From assembly GCA_050287845.1 (NCBI GenBank), contig JBNKCR010000118.1:18938-82937 (forward strand): 64,000 nucleotides of DNA. The letters run 5' to 3'. Below are positions 47,798 to 57,634 of this stretch, piece by piece. Numbering within the stretch: the stretch's first letter is position 1; the number at the start of each line of letters is the position of its first letter. Under the pieces are notes generated by a model, which ran no database searches, was not told the origin of the DNA, and saw nothing but the letters and a program-made list of their open reading frames with translations. The DNA comes from Polyangia bacterium. GTDB taxonomy: Bacteria > Myxococcota_A > Polyangia > JAAYKL01. A program made the position numbers and the translations under genes.

Positions 47798-49003
47798 TTA
47801 TCGCTCAACACGTGTTTGCAGAGTATCGGGGCGACAATGGAGCATTTTTTTTATGGTGAATATCCAGATGGGACTTAAGAAGAGTGACAGGGCAATGGTG
47901 CTGATGATGAGCTGAAATGTGAATTCCCCGATGATTCCCTGAGAGAACCCCAGGGCGCCGATAACAAAACTGAACTCACCAATCTGCGACAGTAGCGCCC
48001 CTCCATAGAAACTGTCGCGCCATGGAATCCGGAATGCGAGAAATACGAATCCATTGATTGCGGTGTTCAGCAGAAACACAGACCCCACCAGCCCCATGAT
48101 GAGACCAATGTTGTTCCAGAGAAACGCTAAATCGATAATCATGCCCACGTACACGAAAAACACGGAAACAAAGATAATCTGAAACGCGTGCAGACTGCCC
48201 TGTACCCATTTGGTGGATCGGGTCGCCGACACAATAATGCCGCCGATGAATGCGCCCAGCGCAGCAGATAGATGTGCCAGTTCCGCCAGCAGTGCGAATC
48301 CGAAACCCAGCAGCAACGCAACGAACACCTGCAGCTCCCTGTCTCTGGCGATTCGGGTGGAAAAGGGGATGGTGATTCGCTTCTTTTTCAGAATGAACGC
48401 CAGAATAATTCCGATGAGGATGGCGCCTATCACCTGCTTGACAACGATGTGACCTTCAATGGGAGAACCGTCGAGATATCCCATGACAATGAGCATCACC
48501 ACCACAAGGACATCCTGGGTGAGCAGAATACCAATCACATTCTGCCCCACACGAGTATGCATTTCTCCCCACTCTTCGAGCAGTTTCAGAATAACGGCCG
48601 TGCTGCTGAGGGCCAGTACAAAGCCCATCATGACAATGCGGGGCAGTGACCATTGAGTGTAGGTGCCCAGGGCCCACATGACCAGCAGACTGATGATGAC
48701 CTGAAGCAGTATGCCGATAACGGATATGCGCCAGTTGGCAATCAGATTGGGCAGACTCATTTCCATGCCAATGAAAAAGAGCAACAGCACCAGCCCCAGA
48801 GAACCGATGGAAGAAACCTCTGAAATGTTTTTTACCACTCCCAGCAGAGATGGTCCGAGCAATACCCCCACCACGATGTAGCTCACCACCGACGGCTGCC
48901 TGAGCAATTTGAGCACAAACCCCACCGCGATAATAATTGCGGAAATCATGACAATATTATTGAGCAGACCTTGAATACCAACCACTGCAGGCATGGGAAT
49001 CAC
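47798..49003 (-). CDS. Cation:proton antiporter (Na+/H+ exchanger family, CPA)
   Basis: It has 11-12 TM helices. The N-terminus is VGFVLKLLRQPSVVSYIVVGVLLGPSLLGVV. Confidence 0.6.
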   Translation of the reverse strand: MIPMPAVVGIQGLLNNIVMISAIIIAVGFVLKLLRQPSVVSYIVVGVLLGPSLLGVVKNISEVSSIGSLGLVLLLFFIGMEMSLPNLIANWRISVIGILLQVIISLLVMWALGTYTQWSLPRIVMMGFVLALSSTAVILKLLEEWGEMHTRVGQNVIGILLTQDVLVVVMLIVMGYLDGSPIEGHIVVKQVIGAILIGIILAFILKKKRITIPFSTRIARDRELQVFVALLLGFGFALLAELAHLSAALGAFIGGIIVSATRSTKWVQGSLHAFQIIFVSVFFVYVGMIIDLAFLWNNIGLIMGLVGSVFLLNTAINGFVFLAFRIPWRDSFYGGALLSQIGEFSFVIGALGFSQGIIGEFTFQLIISTIALSLFLSPIWIFTIKKMLHCRPDTLQTRVER

Positions 49004-49216
49004 TCCTTTATCTGAGGTTATGAATGAATGTCACGAGTTCAGGAGACATTCGCGTATGGGTGACAAAATGGGGATTCATCCGCATCTCCCTGAGTGTCGT
49101 GTGCCCCAATGCAATACTGGATTCCGAAAAAGTTGCAATGGCAATCGGGGCAATTCCCGCGCGGACAGGTGCGATACGTTGTGGTGCCATATAGGTGGCG
49201 GGAGACGGGACGCTAT

Positions 49217-50320
49217 TTATTCCTCCATGTTTTTCCGGTCGATATTCCAGCCGCTGTCTTCGCAGAGGGTGCAATCTGCGCCGTAGAACCAGGAGCGCAG
49301 GGCGGTGTCGTTCATCAGATGCACTCGCATCCATGCCACAAACGCGGTTTCCACCGGGCTGATGGAACTGCCCCAGAATGTTGCCCAACTGCCGTGATCG
49401 GACTCCAGATGCTCTGCATACATGGCGGGAAAATCGGTAACCATTTCGAGCGCGCGCGCTGCGCCGTCGCACCCCACAACGTCGTCGAGCCCACCGCAGA
49501 AGAACATGGCCGGACCGTGCATTTCCCGCTGACCCATGGCGCCTTCGATGGGAATGTGGGTGATAATGCGGCTGTCTGTGGATGCGCGACTGGTGGCCAT
49601 GGCGCCCTGAGAATGTCCGGTGGCGCCAATGTTGACCGTATCGATTCGATGATACAGAGCGCTTTCCGGATTTTCGTTTTCCTCAAGTATCCAGTCAATT
49701 CCCACGTTCATGGGCGGGGGATCGCCCTGGGCCACATTCTCGCTGTCCGAGCCGACAACCACAAACCCGTGAGAAGCCAGATGTTTCAGGAAAACACCGT
49801 ACATGGTTGGCGTGGAGCCGGTGCCATTGCCCCAGGTGATGACGGGATGGCACAGGCCACTTTCCGACATGTCCGTGGGGCGAAACAGAGTGAAATGGGG
49901 CTGTTCTTCGCCGTCTTCGGCTACCCCTGCAGCAGGACCGACATTCAGTTCTGTAGTCACTTCAAAAGGGCCCGGTGAAGCGGGATCCACAGTAGACCAA
50001 TCGCCCATCTCACATTCATCACCATCAGCGTCAGTGTCCGTATCCGTATCCGTATCCGTATCCGTGTCGGTGTCCGTGTCGGTGTCAGAATCAGAATCAG
50101 AATCAGAATCGGTGTCCGTGTCGGTATCGGAGTTGGTATCAGAATCAGTGTCAGTATCGGAGTCGGTGTCCGTGTCGGTATCGGAGTCAGTATCAGAGTC
50201 AGAATCGGAGTCGGCGTCCGAGGTACTGTCTGCATCTGAACTGTCATGTTCCAGCGTGGGGCCGTTACACCCGACAGCCAGTATCGCAAACACGATCCAG
50301 GTCAGGTAAAAATGTTTCAT
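49217..50320 (-). CDS. Secreted lipoprotein alpha/beta-hydrolase (lipase/dienelactone-hydrolase-like; GHSQGA) with an (SD/TD)n linker
   Basis: The start was reset to the ATG at 50320, which has a strong SD (GGAGGAAACAATG). The lipobox is ILAVGC. The DSDSDTDTD tract spans about 50030-50225. The GxSxG motif is at IGATGHSQGAMA. Confidence 0.6.
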   Translation of the reverse strand: MKHFYLTWIVFAILAVGCNGPTLEHDSSDADSTSDADSDSDSDTDSDTDTDTDSDTDTDSDTNSDTDTDTDSDSDSDSDTDTDTDTDTDTDTDTDTDADGDECEMGDWSTVDPASPGPFEVTTELNVGPAAGVAEDGEEQPHFTLFRPTDMSESGLCHPVITWGNGTGSTPTMYGVFLKHLASHGFVVVGSDSENVAQGDPPPMNVGIDWILEENENPESALYHRIDTVNIGATGHSQGAMATSRASTDSRIITHIPIEGAMGQREMHGPAMFFCGGLDDVVGCDGAARALEMVTDFPAMYAEHLESDHGSWATFWGSSISPVETAFVAWMRVHLMNDTALRSWFYGADCTLCEDSGWNIDRKNMEE

Positions 50321-50480
50321 TGTTTCCTCCTTGTTTTTTTTCCAGAATTTTAATTTCATCACGCTTTTGGGGAGAAATCAACAGCATTGGTTGAAATTCA
50401 CGGGCAGAGCGAGGAGACGCCGCGACACCAGTTTCGGATGGTTCGTGTAGAGATGTGTTGGAACGGGATGGGGCGACGAG

Positions 50481-51806
50481 TCAGTCGATGCCGTATTCTT
50501 TCAGTTTGTTGTAGAGGGATCGCAGGCTGATGCCCAGTTTCTCGGCGGCGTTTTTCCGATGGCCATCGGTCTGCTGCAAGGCGTTCAGGATGGCTTCTTT
50601 TTCGAGTTCCTTCAGAGAAGTTCCCTGAAGTTTCGAAGCAGAGGAAACGGCGTCGGGATTGATCGCCTGCGATGAAAATACAAGGTCGCCTGTATCAATA
50701 CGCGGCGGTGTGCACAGGATAGCCGCCCGTTCGATGGTGTTTGAAAGTTCGCGAATATTGCCGGGCCACGAATAGGAGAGCAGGGCATTCCGGGCGGCTT
50801 CACTGAATTCAAGGGACCGCCCCTGCTTTTGCGAAATGCGGGAAAGAAAGTGCGCGGCCAGCGGCAGAATATCGTTTTTTCGTTGTACCAGAGGCGGCAG
50901 ATGAATGGGAAACACCGATAACCGGTGATACAAATCCTCCCGGAATCGACCTGAGGATATTTCAGTCTGCAAATCCCGGTTGGTGGCAGCCACCACGCGG
51001 ACATTCACCTGAATGGCCAGACTGCCCCCCACCCGTTCAAACTGTTGCTCCTGAAGTACCCGCAGCAGCTTCGCCTGCAATGAAAGGGGCAATTCCCCCA
51101 CTTCATCCAGGAAAAGGGTGCCATTGTCCGCCAATTCAAATCGGCCGCGTTTCTGCTCGGTAGCGCCGGTGAAGGCGCCTTTTTCGTGACCGAACATTTC
51201 ACTTTCCATCAGTGTGCTTGAAATGGCAGCACAATTGACGGCAATGAACGGTTGATTCTTTCGCGGGCTCTTTTCGTGGATGCGTACCGCGGCCACTTCT
51301 TTACCTGTACCGCTCTGTCCAGTCAATAGCACGGTGGCATCGGTGGGGGCGACTTTATCCATCATGGCCACCACGGATGACATGGCACTGTCCGTAAACA
51401 CCAGTTCACCCGACGCACCGGGAGAAACCACGCCGGTTCCGGCGCCACGCAGGTGAGTGGCCACCACGGTACGCAGTGCGGCCGGCGATTCCAGTGGTTT
51501 TGTCAGATAATCCACTGCCCCCAGCTTCATGGCGTCCACGGCATTGTGAATGGTTCCGTGAGCGGTGAGCACAATTACCGGTATATCCGGATACTTTTTA
51601 CGGCATTCCGCAAGCAATGCCATTCCATCCATGCGGGGCATCTTCAGGTCGGTAATGAGCAGTTGATATATATTTTTTTCAAGTAATTCCAGGGCATATC
51701 TGCCGTCGGACGCCACATCCACCTCGTAACCGGCACTCTCCAGAGAATCTTTGATGAACAGTCGAATTCCCTCCCGGTCATCCACAGTCAGCACTTTGGC
51801 GTTCAT
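50481..51806 (-). CDS. Sigma-54-dependent response regulator (NtrC family: receiver + AAA+ sigma-54 activator + HTH)
   Basis: The receiver is VLTVDDREGIR…LITDLKMPRMDG. The Walker A is GQSGTGKE. The GAFTGA motif is intact. The C-terminal Fis-type HTH is also present. Confidence 0.85.
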   Translation of the reverse strand: MNAKVLTVDDREGIRLFIKDSLESAGYEVDVASDGRYALELLEKNIYQLLITDLKMPRMDGMALLAECRKKYPDIPVIVLTAHGTIHNAVDAMKLGAVDYLTKPLESPAALRTVVATHLRGAGTGVVSPGASGELVFTDSAMSSVVAMMDKVAPTDATVLLTGQSGTGKEVAAVRIHEKSPRKNQPFIAVNCAAISSTLMESEMFGHEKGAFTGATEQKRGRFELADNGTLFLDEVGELPLSLQAKLLRVLQEQQFERVGGSLAIQVNVRVVAATNRDLQTEISSGRFREDLYHRLSVFPIHLPPLVQRKNDILPLAAHFLSRISQKQGRSLEFSEAARNALLSYSWPGNIRELSNTIERAAILCTPPRIDTGDLVFSSQAINPDAVSSASKLQGTSLKELEKEAILNALQQTDGHRKNAAEKLGISLRSLYNKLKEYGID

Positions 51807-53158
51807 GGCATATCCTTTCGCTCTCGTGGAGGCAGCTGAATGGTAAATGTGGTTCCGTTTTCGCTGCTGTTCGCAACGATGGTTCCCCCGTGCGCTTCCA
51901 CGATGCGACTGGCCAGGGCCAGGCCAAGGCCCGTTCCTTTGGCGCGGGTGGTGAAAAATGGTTCGAATATGCGGGAAAGCGCTTCTGCAGGGATACCTTT
52001 GCCGTTGTCTTCGATGCGTAATTCCAACCCCGTTCTGCTGTTGGTTATTTTCAAAAGAATTTCGGTGGCGCCGGATTGGTGGGCATTGTTGATTAGATTA
52101 ATCAGTACCTGCTGGATTTTATGGCGGTCGAGATAAAAGGTGGGGTCGTTACCCGCTATGTGTGTTTTCACATCCGGGGCATCGCAGAAGGTAATGGCTG
52201 CCTCCGCCAAATCGTCCAAGTACACCTTTTCGTACTGCATGGTACCGGTTCTCGCAAAATCCAGCATCTGTTCGGTGAGTTTCTGCAAATAGAGGGTGTC
52301 TTTGGCGATGAGTGCGGCATTGGCGTCATTGGACGTGCCCGCCAGTTTTTCCTCCAGTAGCTGGGCGTGTCCCTTTACAGATGCAATGGTGTTTTTCAGC
52401 TCGTGTCCCAACACCGCCGACATCTGTCCCAGAAGTTTTAACTGCTGGTCTTTTTCCAGCTGGTGCTGCAGCACATCCTGTCGTCTCGAAAGCTTCCAGA
52501 ATACAATGGCCGCCCCCATCAGAATCAATGCGGCAATACCGTCCAGCACCATAATCTGGAAAGCGCGGTCCCGAAGACGAATCGCGTCTCTGGGCGTCAG
52601 TTCCAGCAATACCATTCGTTGGGCGCCGTCCGGCTCATCCGGAGAGGCATTGGGCGGGAAATTTCGCATCATGCGCATTCGTCTGCCTCTTCCCATGGAG
52701 GGGCGCTGGGGCATCACCACCCGGGCATGGACCAGGTCATCCTGAATAAAGTGAATCTGCACGGGCTTCGAAAGTGACATTTCCGGAAAGTCAGAAGGGG
52801 ACAACGGTTTTGTTCCCTTGCCGAACTGGTGCAATAATCGGGACCCGTCGAAAAAGGCCACCTGGTGCACGCCTTCGGCAGCCAGTCCCGTATACAGGTT
52901 TTCAATGATTTCGGCGGGGGGCATCCGCTGGTGGTGCAGTTGCCTCTGGAATCCGATCATCATGTACAGCACCTGGGCTTCGGTGATGCGAAAGCCGTTC
53001 CGTCGGGCATCCCGGTATTCGAAGACTCCCAGAAACACCAGCAGCAACCCCATCAGAATCGCAATGAACAACAGCCCGATTCGCCAGACTCTGCCCCTGC
53101 TACCGGTCAAGGGGCTGGCAGAGAGGGAAGTCGTATTGTTGTGGGAATATGATTTCAT
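51803..53158 (-). CDS. Sensor histidine kinase (two TM helices, HisKA, HATPase_c)
   Basis: The H-box is LGHELKNTIASVKGHAQLL. The G-boxes are DNGKGIP…GTGLGLALASRIVEAHGG. It overlaps the regulator gene by 4 nt. Confidence 0.8.
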   Translation of the reverse strand: MKSYSHNNTTSLSASPLTGSRGRVWRIGLLFIAILMGLLLVFLGVFEYRDARRNGFRITEAQVLYMMIGFQRQLHHQRMPPAEIIENLYTGLAAEGVHQVAFFDGSRLLHQFGKGTKPLSPSDFPEMSLSKPVQIHFIQDDLVHARVVMPQRPSMGRGRRMRMMRNFPPNASPDEPDGAQRMVLLELTPRDAIRLRDRAFQIMVLDGIAALILMGAAIVFWKLSRRQDVLQHQLEKDQQLKLLGQMSAVLGHELKNTIASVKGHAQLLEEKLAGTSNDANAALIAKDTLYLQKLTEQMLDFARTGTMQYEKVYLDDLAEAAITFCDAPDVKTHIAGNDPTFYLDRHKIQQVLINLINNAHQSGATEILLKITNSRTGLELRIEDNGKGIPAEALSRIFEPFFTTRAKGTGLGLALASRIVEAHGGTIVANSSENGTTFTIQLPPRERKDMP

Positions 53159-53224
53159 GGTCTGTTTATTTTGGGGGAGTATAGCGCGGGGGAAGCGGCG
53201 GTTTCAATGAACATTTGTCAGATT

Positions 53225-53797
53225 CTACCACATGGGCCCCATACCGTTGCCGCGGCCGTGACCGTTGCCGCGTCCTCTGCCCCGTCCATCACCGGGCCCC
53301 CGGCCGTTCCCGGGACAGTCTCCCCATGCTTCCTGCCGGTTGTCGCGGTGCTGATGAAATGCCTTGCGATCGGCGGCGGCCTGTTTGCGCTGCTCCGGAG
53401 TAAGAATGTCATACACCGCCAGGCGAAACTTGAGCCGGGCATCCGCAACCTGCTGATGAAGTGATTGTACTTTATTGTGCAGCGATTTGATTTTTGATTT
53501 ATCGATTTTTTCCTTTTCCCATTGGGCGCGAATGTCGTCGCGAATTTTATCCATTTCATCGTGAATCCGGTCTATTTCGGTCCAGTGGGTATCCCGCAGC
53601 GCGTCAATTTTTTTCTGCTGGGCATCGGTCAGATTCAGTCGGGTCATTGCATAGTCGCCCCGCGGTCCGCTACCATCGCCCCGTCCGCCCCTTCGATTGC
53701 CGGCGTTTACAGCAAATGCCATGGAAGTGGCGACCAGTGTGGCCAGAATGGCGAGACCCAGTTTTTTTGCTTTTCGTGTGTTTTTTGGTTGTGTCAT
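53225..53797 (-). CDS. Periplasmic LTXXQ-motif protein (CpxP/Spy family) with a Gly/Arg-rich C-terminal tail
   Basis: The signal peptide is MTQPKNTRKAKKLGLAILATLVATSMAFA. Two LTxxQ motifs are present (LTDAQQ and LTPEQR). Confidence 0.55.
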   Translation of the reverse strand: MTQPKNTRKAKKLGLAILATLVATSMAFAVNAGNRRGGRGDGSGPRGDYAMTRLNLTDAQQKKIDALRDTHWTEIDRIHDEMDKIRDDIRAQWEKEKIDKSKIKSLHNKVQSLHQQVADARLKFRLAVYDILTPEQRKQAAADRKAFHQHRDNRQEAWGDCPGNGRGPGDGRGRGRGNGHGRGNGMGPMW

Positions 53798-54041
53798 TTG
53801 AATTCTCCCTACTTGTGTTTCTGTTCAATCTGAAGGGCGTATTGCCCGTTGTTATCTCATGACCGGGAATCAACTCAAAGCCTGTGCCAAATATGCAACT
53901 ATATGTTTTTATTGTGTTTGTTTAAGGGTTTGGTTTTCACCAAAGACAAAAGATGCAAATATTGCAGTCCCGCATGCACATTGTGCACGTGGGACTGGTC
54001 AGAGGAGTTGCGCTTTCGAAGCCTGGCGGATTGTAATGAGA

Positions 54042-54737
54042 CTATAGGGATACGACCACGGCGTCGGCCTGCTCCGGGGTAAGGGTGATTTCAAATCCCT
54101 GTAAAGCAACCACAAAAGAGGACGCGGCCTCCATGGTGCCGGAGAGGAGTTGGATACTGGAGTCGGGAAGCAGTCCCATGTCAATGAGCTGGTGATGGAG
54201 TTCTCCCCGTGCGCGAATGTGTCGAACCACCCCTTTCTGACCGGGTAACATCTCCGCAATGGTGATTTCCGGCGGTTTCGATGAAAGTGAAATCAGGGAA
54301 TGGCGGCCCGTCAAGGAGGGGTCAACACCGGCATGGCGGAGCTGGTGCATCAGTCCTTCCAGCCGACGGGTGGACTGTTCGGTCAGGCTATGGGCAACCC
54401 GGGCAGATTCTTCCCGGGCCATTTCCGCCGGAATATTCAGAAAATTTTCGAAGAAGTCCATCAGCAATTGCCGTCGACGGACCAGCTTTTCCGCCATTGT
54501 CCGACCGATCTGGGTCAGGGAAATGGATTCACGCCGTGAATAGTTGATGAGACCGAGTTCGGCCAGTTTGGCCATGGCAGGAGACACCGAGCCGGGCTTT
54601 ACCTGGCGATATTCAGCAATATCTTTCACGCGGACATGGCTGCGATCGTGATGCAACTGCCATATGGCCACCAGATAACTTTCCTGGGAGCCGGACAGAA
54701 GGGGAGGATTAAATCTTTCTTTAGTGAATTCGGGCAT
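54042..54737 (-). CDS. DtxR/MntR-family metal-dependent transcriptional regulator with a C-terminal FeoA (SH3-like) domain
   Basis: An N-terminal wHTH is followed by the dimerisation/metal-binding region. The C-terminal FeoA block is IAEMLPGQKGVVRHIRARGELHHQLIDMGLLPDS. Confidence 0.65.
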   Translation of the reverse strand: MPEFTKERFNPPLLSGSQESYLVAIWQLHHDRSHVRVKDIAEYRQVKPGSVSPAMAKLAELGLINYSRRESISLTQIGRTMAEKLVRRRQLLMDFFENFLNIPAEMAREESARVAHSLTEQSTRRLEGLMHQLRHAGVDPSLTGRHSLISLSSKPPEITIAEMLPGQKGVVRHIRARGELHHQLIDMGLLPDSSIQLLSGTMEAASSFVVALQGFEITLTPEQADAVVVSL

Positions 54738-54914
54738 TTTCTGTGAAGCATCTCCCCGGGCCACAGGGAACGGTATATCTGTATGTCGTTAAAGAATGAA
54801 ATTTTGTCAAGAAAGCAAAAGCAGGTGATTGATTTTATTGAATATATGGTCTACGGTGCTTCCTTCTTTTACAAGAGGAACATTTAAACTGCTTTAGCGC
54901 ATCGGAGCACAGAC

Positions 54915-56984
54915 ATGAAAAAGTATGAAACGAAAAATATTCGAAACATCTGTTTGATTGGTCACAATGGAAGTGGAAAAACCTCCCTTGGGGAAGCCAT
55001 TCTGTTTGACGCCGGCGCCACTACCCGTATGGGATCGGTTCTGGACGGGAATTCCACGTTCGATTTTGAGCCGGAGGAAGTCAAGCGCCAGGGGTCCATT
55101 TCGACGGCATTCGCGGTTGCGGACTGGAAGAAGCACAAAATTCAGCTGTCCGATACCTCCGGTGATGCAAACTTTTATGTTGATGCCCGAAATGCAGTAC
55201 TGGCCAATGATGTTGCAGCAGTGGTTATCTCCGCGGTGGATGGCGTTCAGGTGATGACCGAAAAATTGTTCGACGTTGCCCAGGACAACAACCTCCCCGT
55301 ACTGGTGATTATCAATAAAATGGACAGGGAGCGCGCCAATTTCGAACGAACGATTCAGGATGCGCAGGATAGTCTGTCCAGGAAAATCGCGCCGCTCATT
55401 ATTCCCATTGGCGCCGAAGACAACTTCAAAGGCGTAGTGGATGTGCTGAAACAGAAAGCCTATTCGTTTGCAGCGGACGGGTCCAGTGGCGTTACTGAAA
55501 TCGACATTCCCGCCGATATGGCCGATGACGTGGAGTCTTCGAGAGAGTCGCTGATTGAAGTGATTGCAGAGTCTGATGATGACTTGATGGAGAAATATCT
55601 GGAGACCATGGAATTGTCAGAGGACGAAATTAAAACGGCGCTTCCCAAGGCGATTCTGTCTGGTCTGCTGATGCCGGCGGTGGCGGTTTCCTCCACGAAA
55701 AACGTGGGGATTGACACCATGCTCGATTTGATTTGCGAGAGCTTTCCGTCCCCAGCGGATAGAGAACCTCAGACCACCGAGTCCGGAGATGAGCGCGCTC
55801 CAGCTGAAGATGCGCCATTCTCGGCAATCGTCTTCAAGACGGTGCAGGATAAATTTACGGGAAGTCTGGCGATTTGTCGCATCTGGTCTGGTACCATCGA
55901 TGCGGATTCCGGTTTTTTCAACGCTACCAAAGGGGAAAAGGAGCGTTTTGGTCAGATTCTGGTTCCGGTTGGCAAGAAGCAGGATAACGTGCCCAAAGCG
56001 GGGCCCGGGGATATCGTTGCGTTTGCCAAACTGAAAGTAACCAAGGTAGGCGACACCATCTGTGATGAGGGAGCGAAGGTTGTGTATCCACCGTTCCCGG
56101 TGGTGAATCCGGTGATCACCTACGCCGTACACGCCAAAGATAAGAATGAAGAAGACAAACTGGGACAGGCCCTCAACCGCATCGCGGAAGAAGATCCCAC
56201 CATTCATATCATTCGGAACAAGGAAGTGAAACAGACGCAGATTGCCGGTATGGGCCAGGTGCATATCGATACGGCGATTGATAAGATTAAACGGATTTTC
56301 GATATTGATGTTGATCTTCAGCCCCCGAGGATTCCCTACCGTGAGACCATCCGCAAAAAAGTGGAAGGTGTCGAAGGGAAACACAAGAAACAGTCCGGCG
56401 GTCGTGGTCAGTTCGGGGTGTGTTACATCAATGTGGAGCCCAATCCGGGACAGGGATTTGAATTTGTGAATGCCATCGTGGGCGGTTCCATTCCCAGACA
56501 GTGGATTCCCTCCGTTGAAAAGGGCATCGTCGAACGGATGGCGCGTGGTGTGATTGCCGGCTACCAGGTGGTGGACGTGAAAGTGACGCTGTACGATGGT
56601 AAATACCACGATGTGGATTCCTCAGATGCGGCTTTCCAGATGGCCGGTTCGAAAGGCTTCAAGGCAGCCACCGAGCAGGCAGCACCCTATCTGCTGGAAC
56701 CCATCTGGAACCTGGAAGTGGTTTGTCCCGAAGAATGCATGGGGGATGTGATGGGCGACATCAGTTCGAGGCGCGGCAAGGTGCAGGGAATGGAAGCCAA
56801 AGGCAAGAACCAGGTCGTGAAAGCACAGGCGCCAATGGCGGAGCTGCTCCGATATGCCCCGGACCTCAAGTCCATTACCGGTGGTCGCGGCGCCTTCACC
56901 GTTGAATTCTCTCACTATGAGGAAGTGCCCCGCGAGATTCAGGACAAAGTGGTCGCCGACTTCGAGCACGAAGAAGAAGAATAA
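54915..56984 (+). CDS. Elongation factor G-family GTPase (EF-G paralog, EF-G2-like)
   Basis: The G1 motif is GHNGSGKTSL. EF-G domains II-V appear conserved (…GGRGQFG…). It is 689 aa. Confidence 0.75.
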   Translation: MKKYETKNIRNICLIGHNGSGKTSLGEAILFDAGATTRMGSVLDGNSTFDFEPEEVKRQGSISTAFAVADWKKHKIQLSDTSGDANFYVDARNAVLANDVAAVVISAVDGVQVMTEKLFDVAQDNNLPVLVIINKMDRERANFERTIQDAQDSLSRKIAPLIIPIGAEDNFKGVVDVLKQKAYSFAADGSSGVTEIDIPADMADDVESSRESLIEVIAESDDDLMEKYLETMELSEDEIKTALPKAILSGLLMPAVAVSSTKNVGIDTMLDLICESFPSPADREPQTTESGDERAPAEDAPFSAIVFKTVQDKFTGSLAICRIWSGTIDADSGFFNATKGEKERFGQILVPVGKKQDNVPKAGPGDIVAFAKLKVTKVGDTICDEGAKVVYPPFPVVNPVITYAVHAKDKNEEDKLGQALNRIAEEDPTIHIIRNKEVKQTQIAGMGQVHIDTAIDKIKRIFDIDVDLQPPRIPYRETIRKKVEGVEGKHKKQSGGRGQFGVCYINVEPNPGQGFEFVNAIVGGSIPRQWIPSVEKGIVERMARGVIAGYQVVDVKVTLYDGKYHDVDSSDAAFQMAGSKGFKAATEQAAPYLLEPIWNLEVVCPEECMGDVMGDISSRRGKVQGMEAKGKNQVVKAQAPMAELLRYAPDLKSITGGRGAFTVEFSHYEEVPREIQDKVVADFEHEEEE

Positions 56985-57064
56985 ATCGTTTCAATTCGCC
57001 CCCCTGTCATTTCCCCTGGCTATCATTTTCCCGGCTATCTCAGCACAGATTGGACGGTTGGGCT

Positions 57065-57634
57065 TCAGTAACAGATGTCGATGAGATCCTGGGTCTCATC
57101 CGCACAGGGCAAATCTTTGATTTCTCCAGCTGCCTGTGTGTATGCATCCAAATCGTCGCAGGTATTGAGTGCCAACTCGCATTCGTAGAGGATGAACTGA
57201 GCGCTCTCGCAGTCTGTGATCACCCGTTCTTTTTTTTCATCCAGGTCCTCTTTACATTTTTTTGGGCATTCTTCTGCAGTCGTGAACCATGCCACCTGGT
57301 CGACAAGTTTATCGCCGCCTGCAATTGTGATGTCGCATTTATCCAACATTTTGCAGTAGTTTTCGCAATGTGGTCCGTAATCGTTTTCTGTGAAATCGTC
57401 GGTATTCAATGGTTCGAGAGTATCGGGTTCTTCTTCATCGGTATCGGTGTCCATGTCGCCGTCTGAATCGGAATCGCTGTCCGAGTCTGAATCGGAGTCT
57501 GAATCGGTATCTGAATCTGAGTCCGAATCGGTATTTACAGGAGGCGGGTCAGCGGTATCTTCGCCACAGGCGGTGCTCAGAACAAATGTACCTATCAATG
57601 ATAAAAATAAAATCGTTCGCCAGTTGCCAATCAT
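57065..57634 (-). CDS. Secreted lipoprotein with a (DS/DT)n linker and a Cys-rich C-terminal module. Function unknown.
   Basis: The start was reset to the ATG at 57634 (SD GAGGAG). The lipobox is VLSTAC. A DSDSDTDSDSD tract lies at about 57440-57530. There are 10 Cys in the C-terminal 120 aa. Confidence 0.5.
   Translation of the reverse strand: MIGNWRTILFLSLIGTFVLSTACGEDTADPPPVNTDSDSDSDTDSDSDSDSDSDSDSDGDMDTDTDEEEPDTLEPLNTDDFTENDYGPHCENYCKMLDKCDITIAGGDKLVDQVAWFTTAEECPKKCKEDLDEKKERVITDCESAQFILYECELALNTCDDLDAYTQAAGEIKDLPCADETQDLIDICY

Noticed and set aside
49803-50309. Similar low-complexity alternate-frame ORFs over the SD/TD tracts at 49957-50289 and at 59488-59968, 59739-60464, 59947-60177, 57390-57653 and 34036-34680
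   Set aside because: Same artefact of coding microsatellites. The real genes are the hydrolase, the xylanase and the Cys-rich proteins on the indicated strands.
55617-56609. 330-aa ORF antisense to the EF-G paralog. Likewise 7274-8080 (antisense to the NFACT gene), 37260-38177 (antisense to the lipase), 31809-32807 (antisense to the methyltransferase), 38755-39783 (antisense to the ATP-grasp gene) and 24479-25195 (antisense in the response-regulator gene).
   Set aside because: These are antisense shadow ORFs inside well-supported genes. They have no start or RBS context and no recognisable domains.
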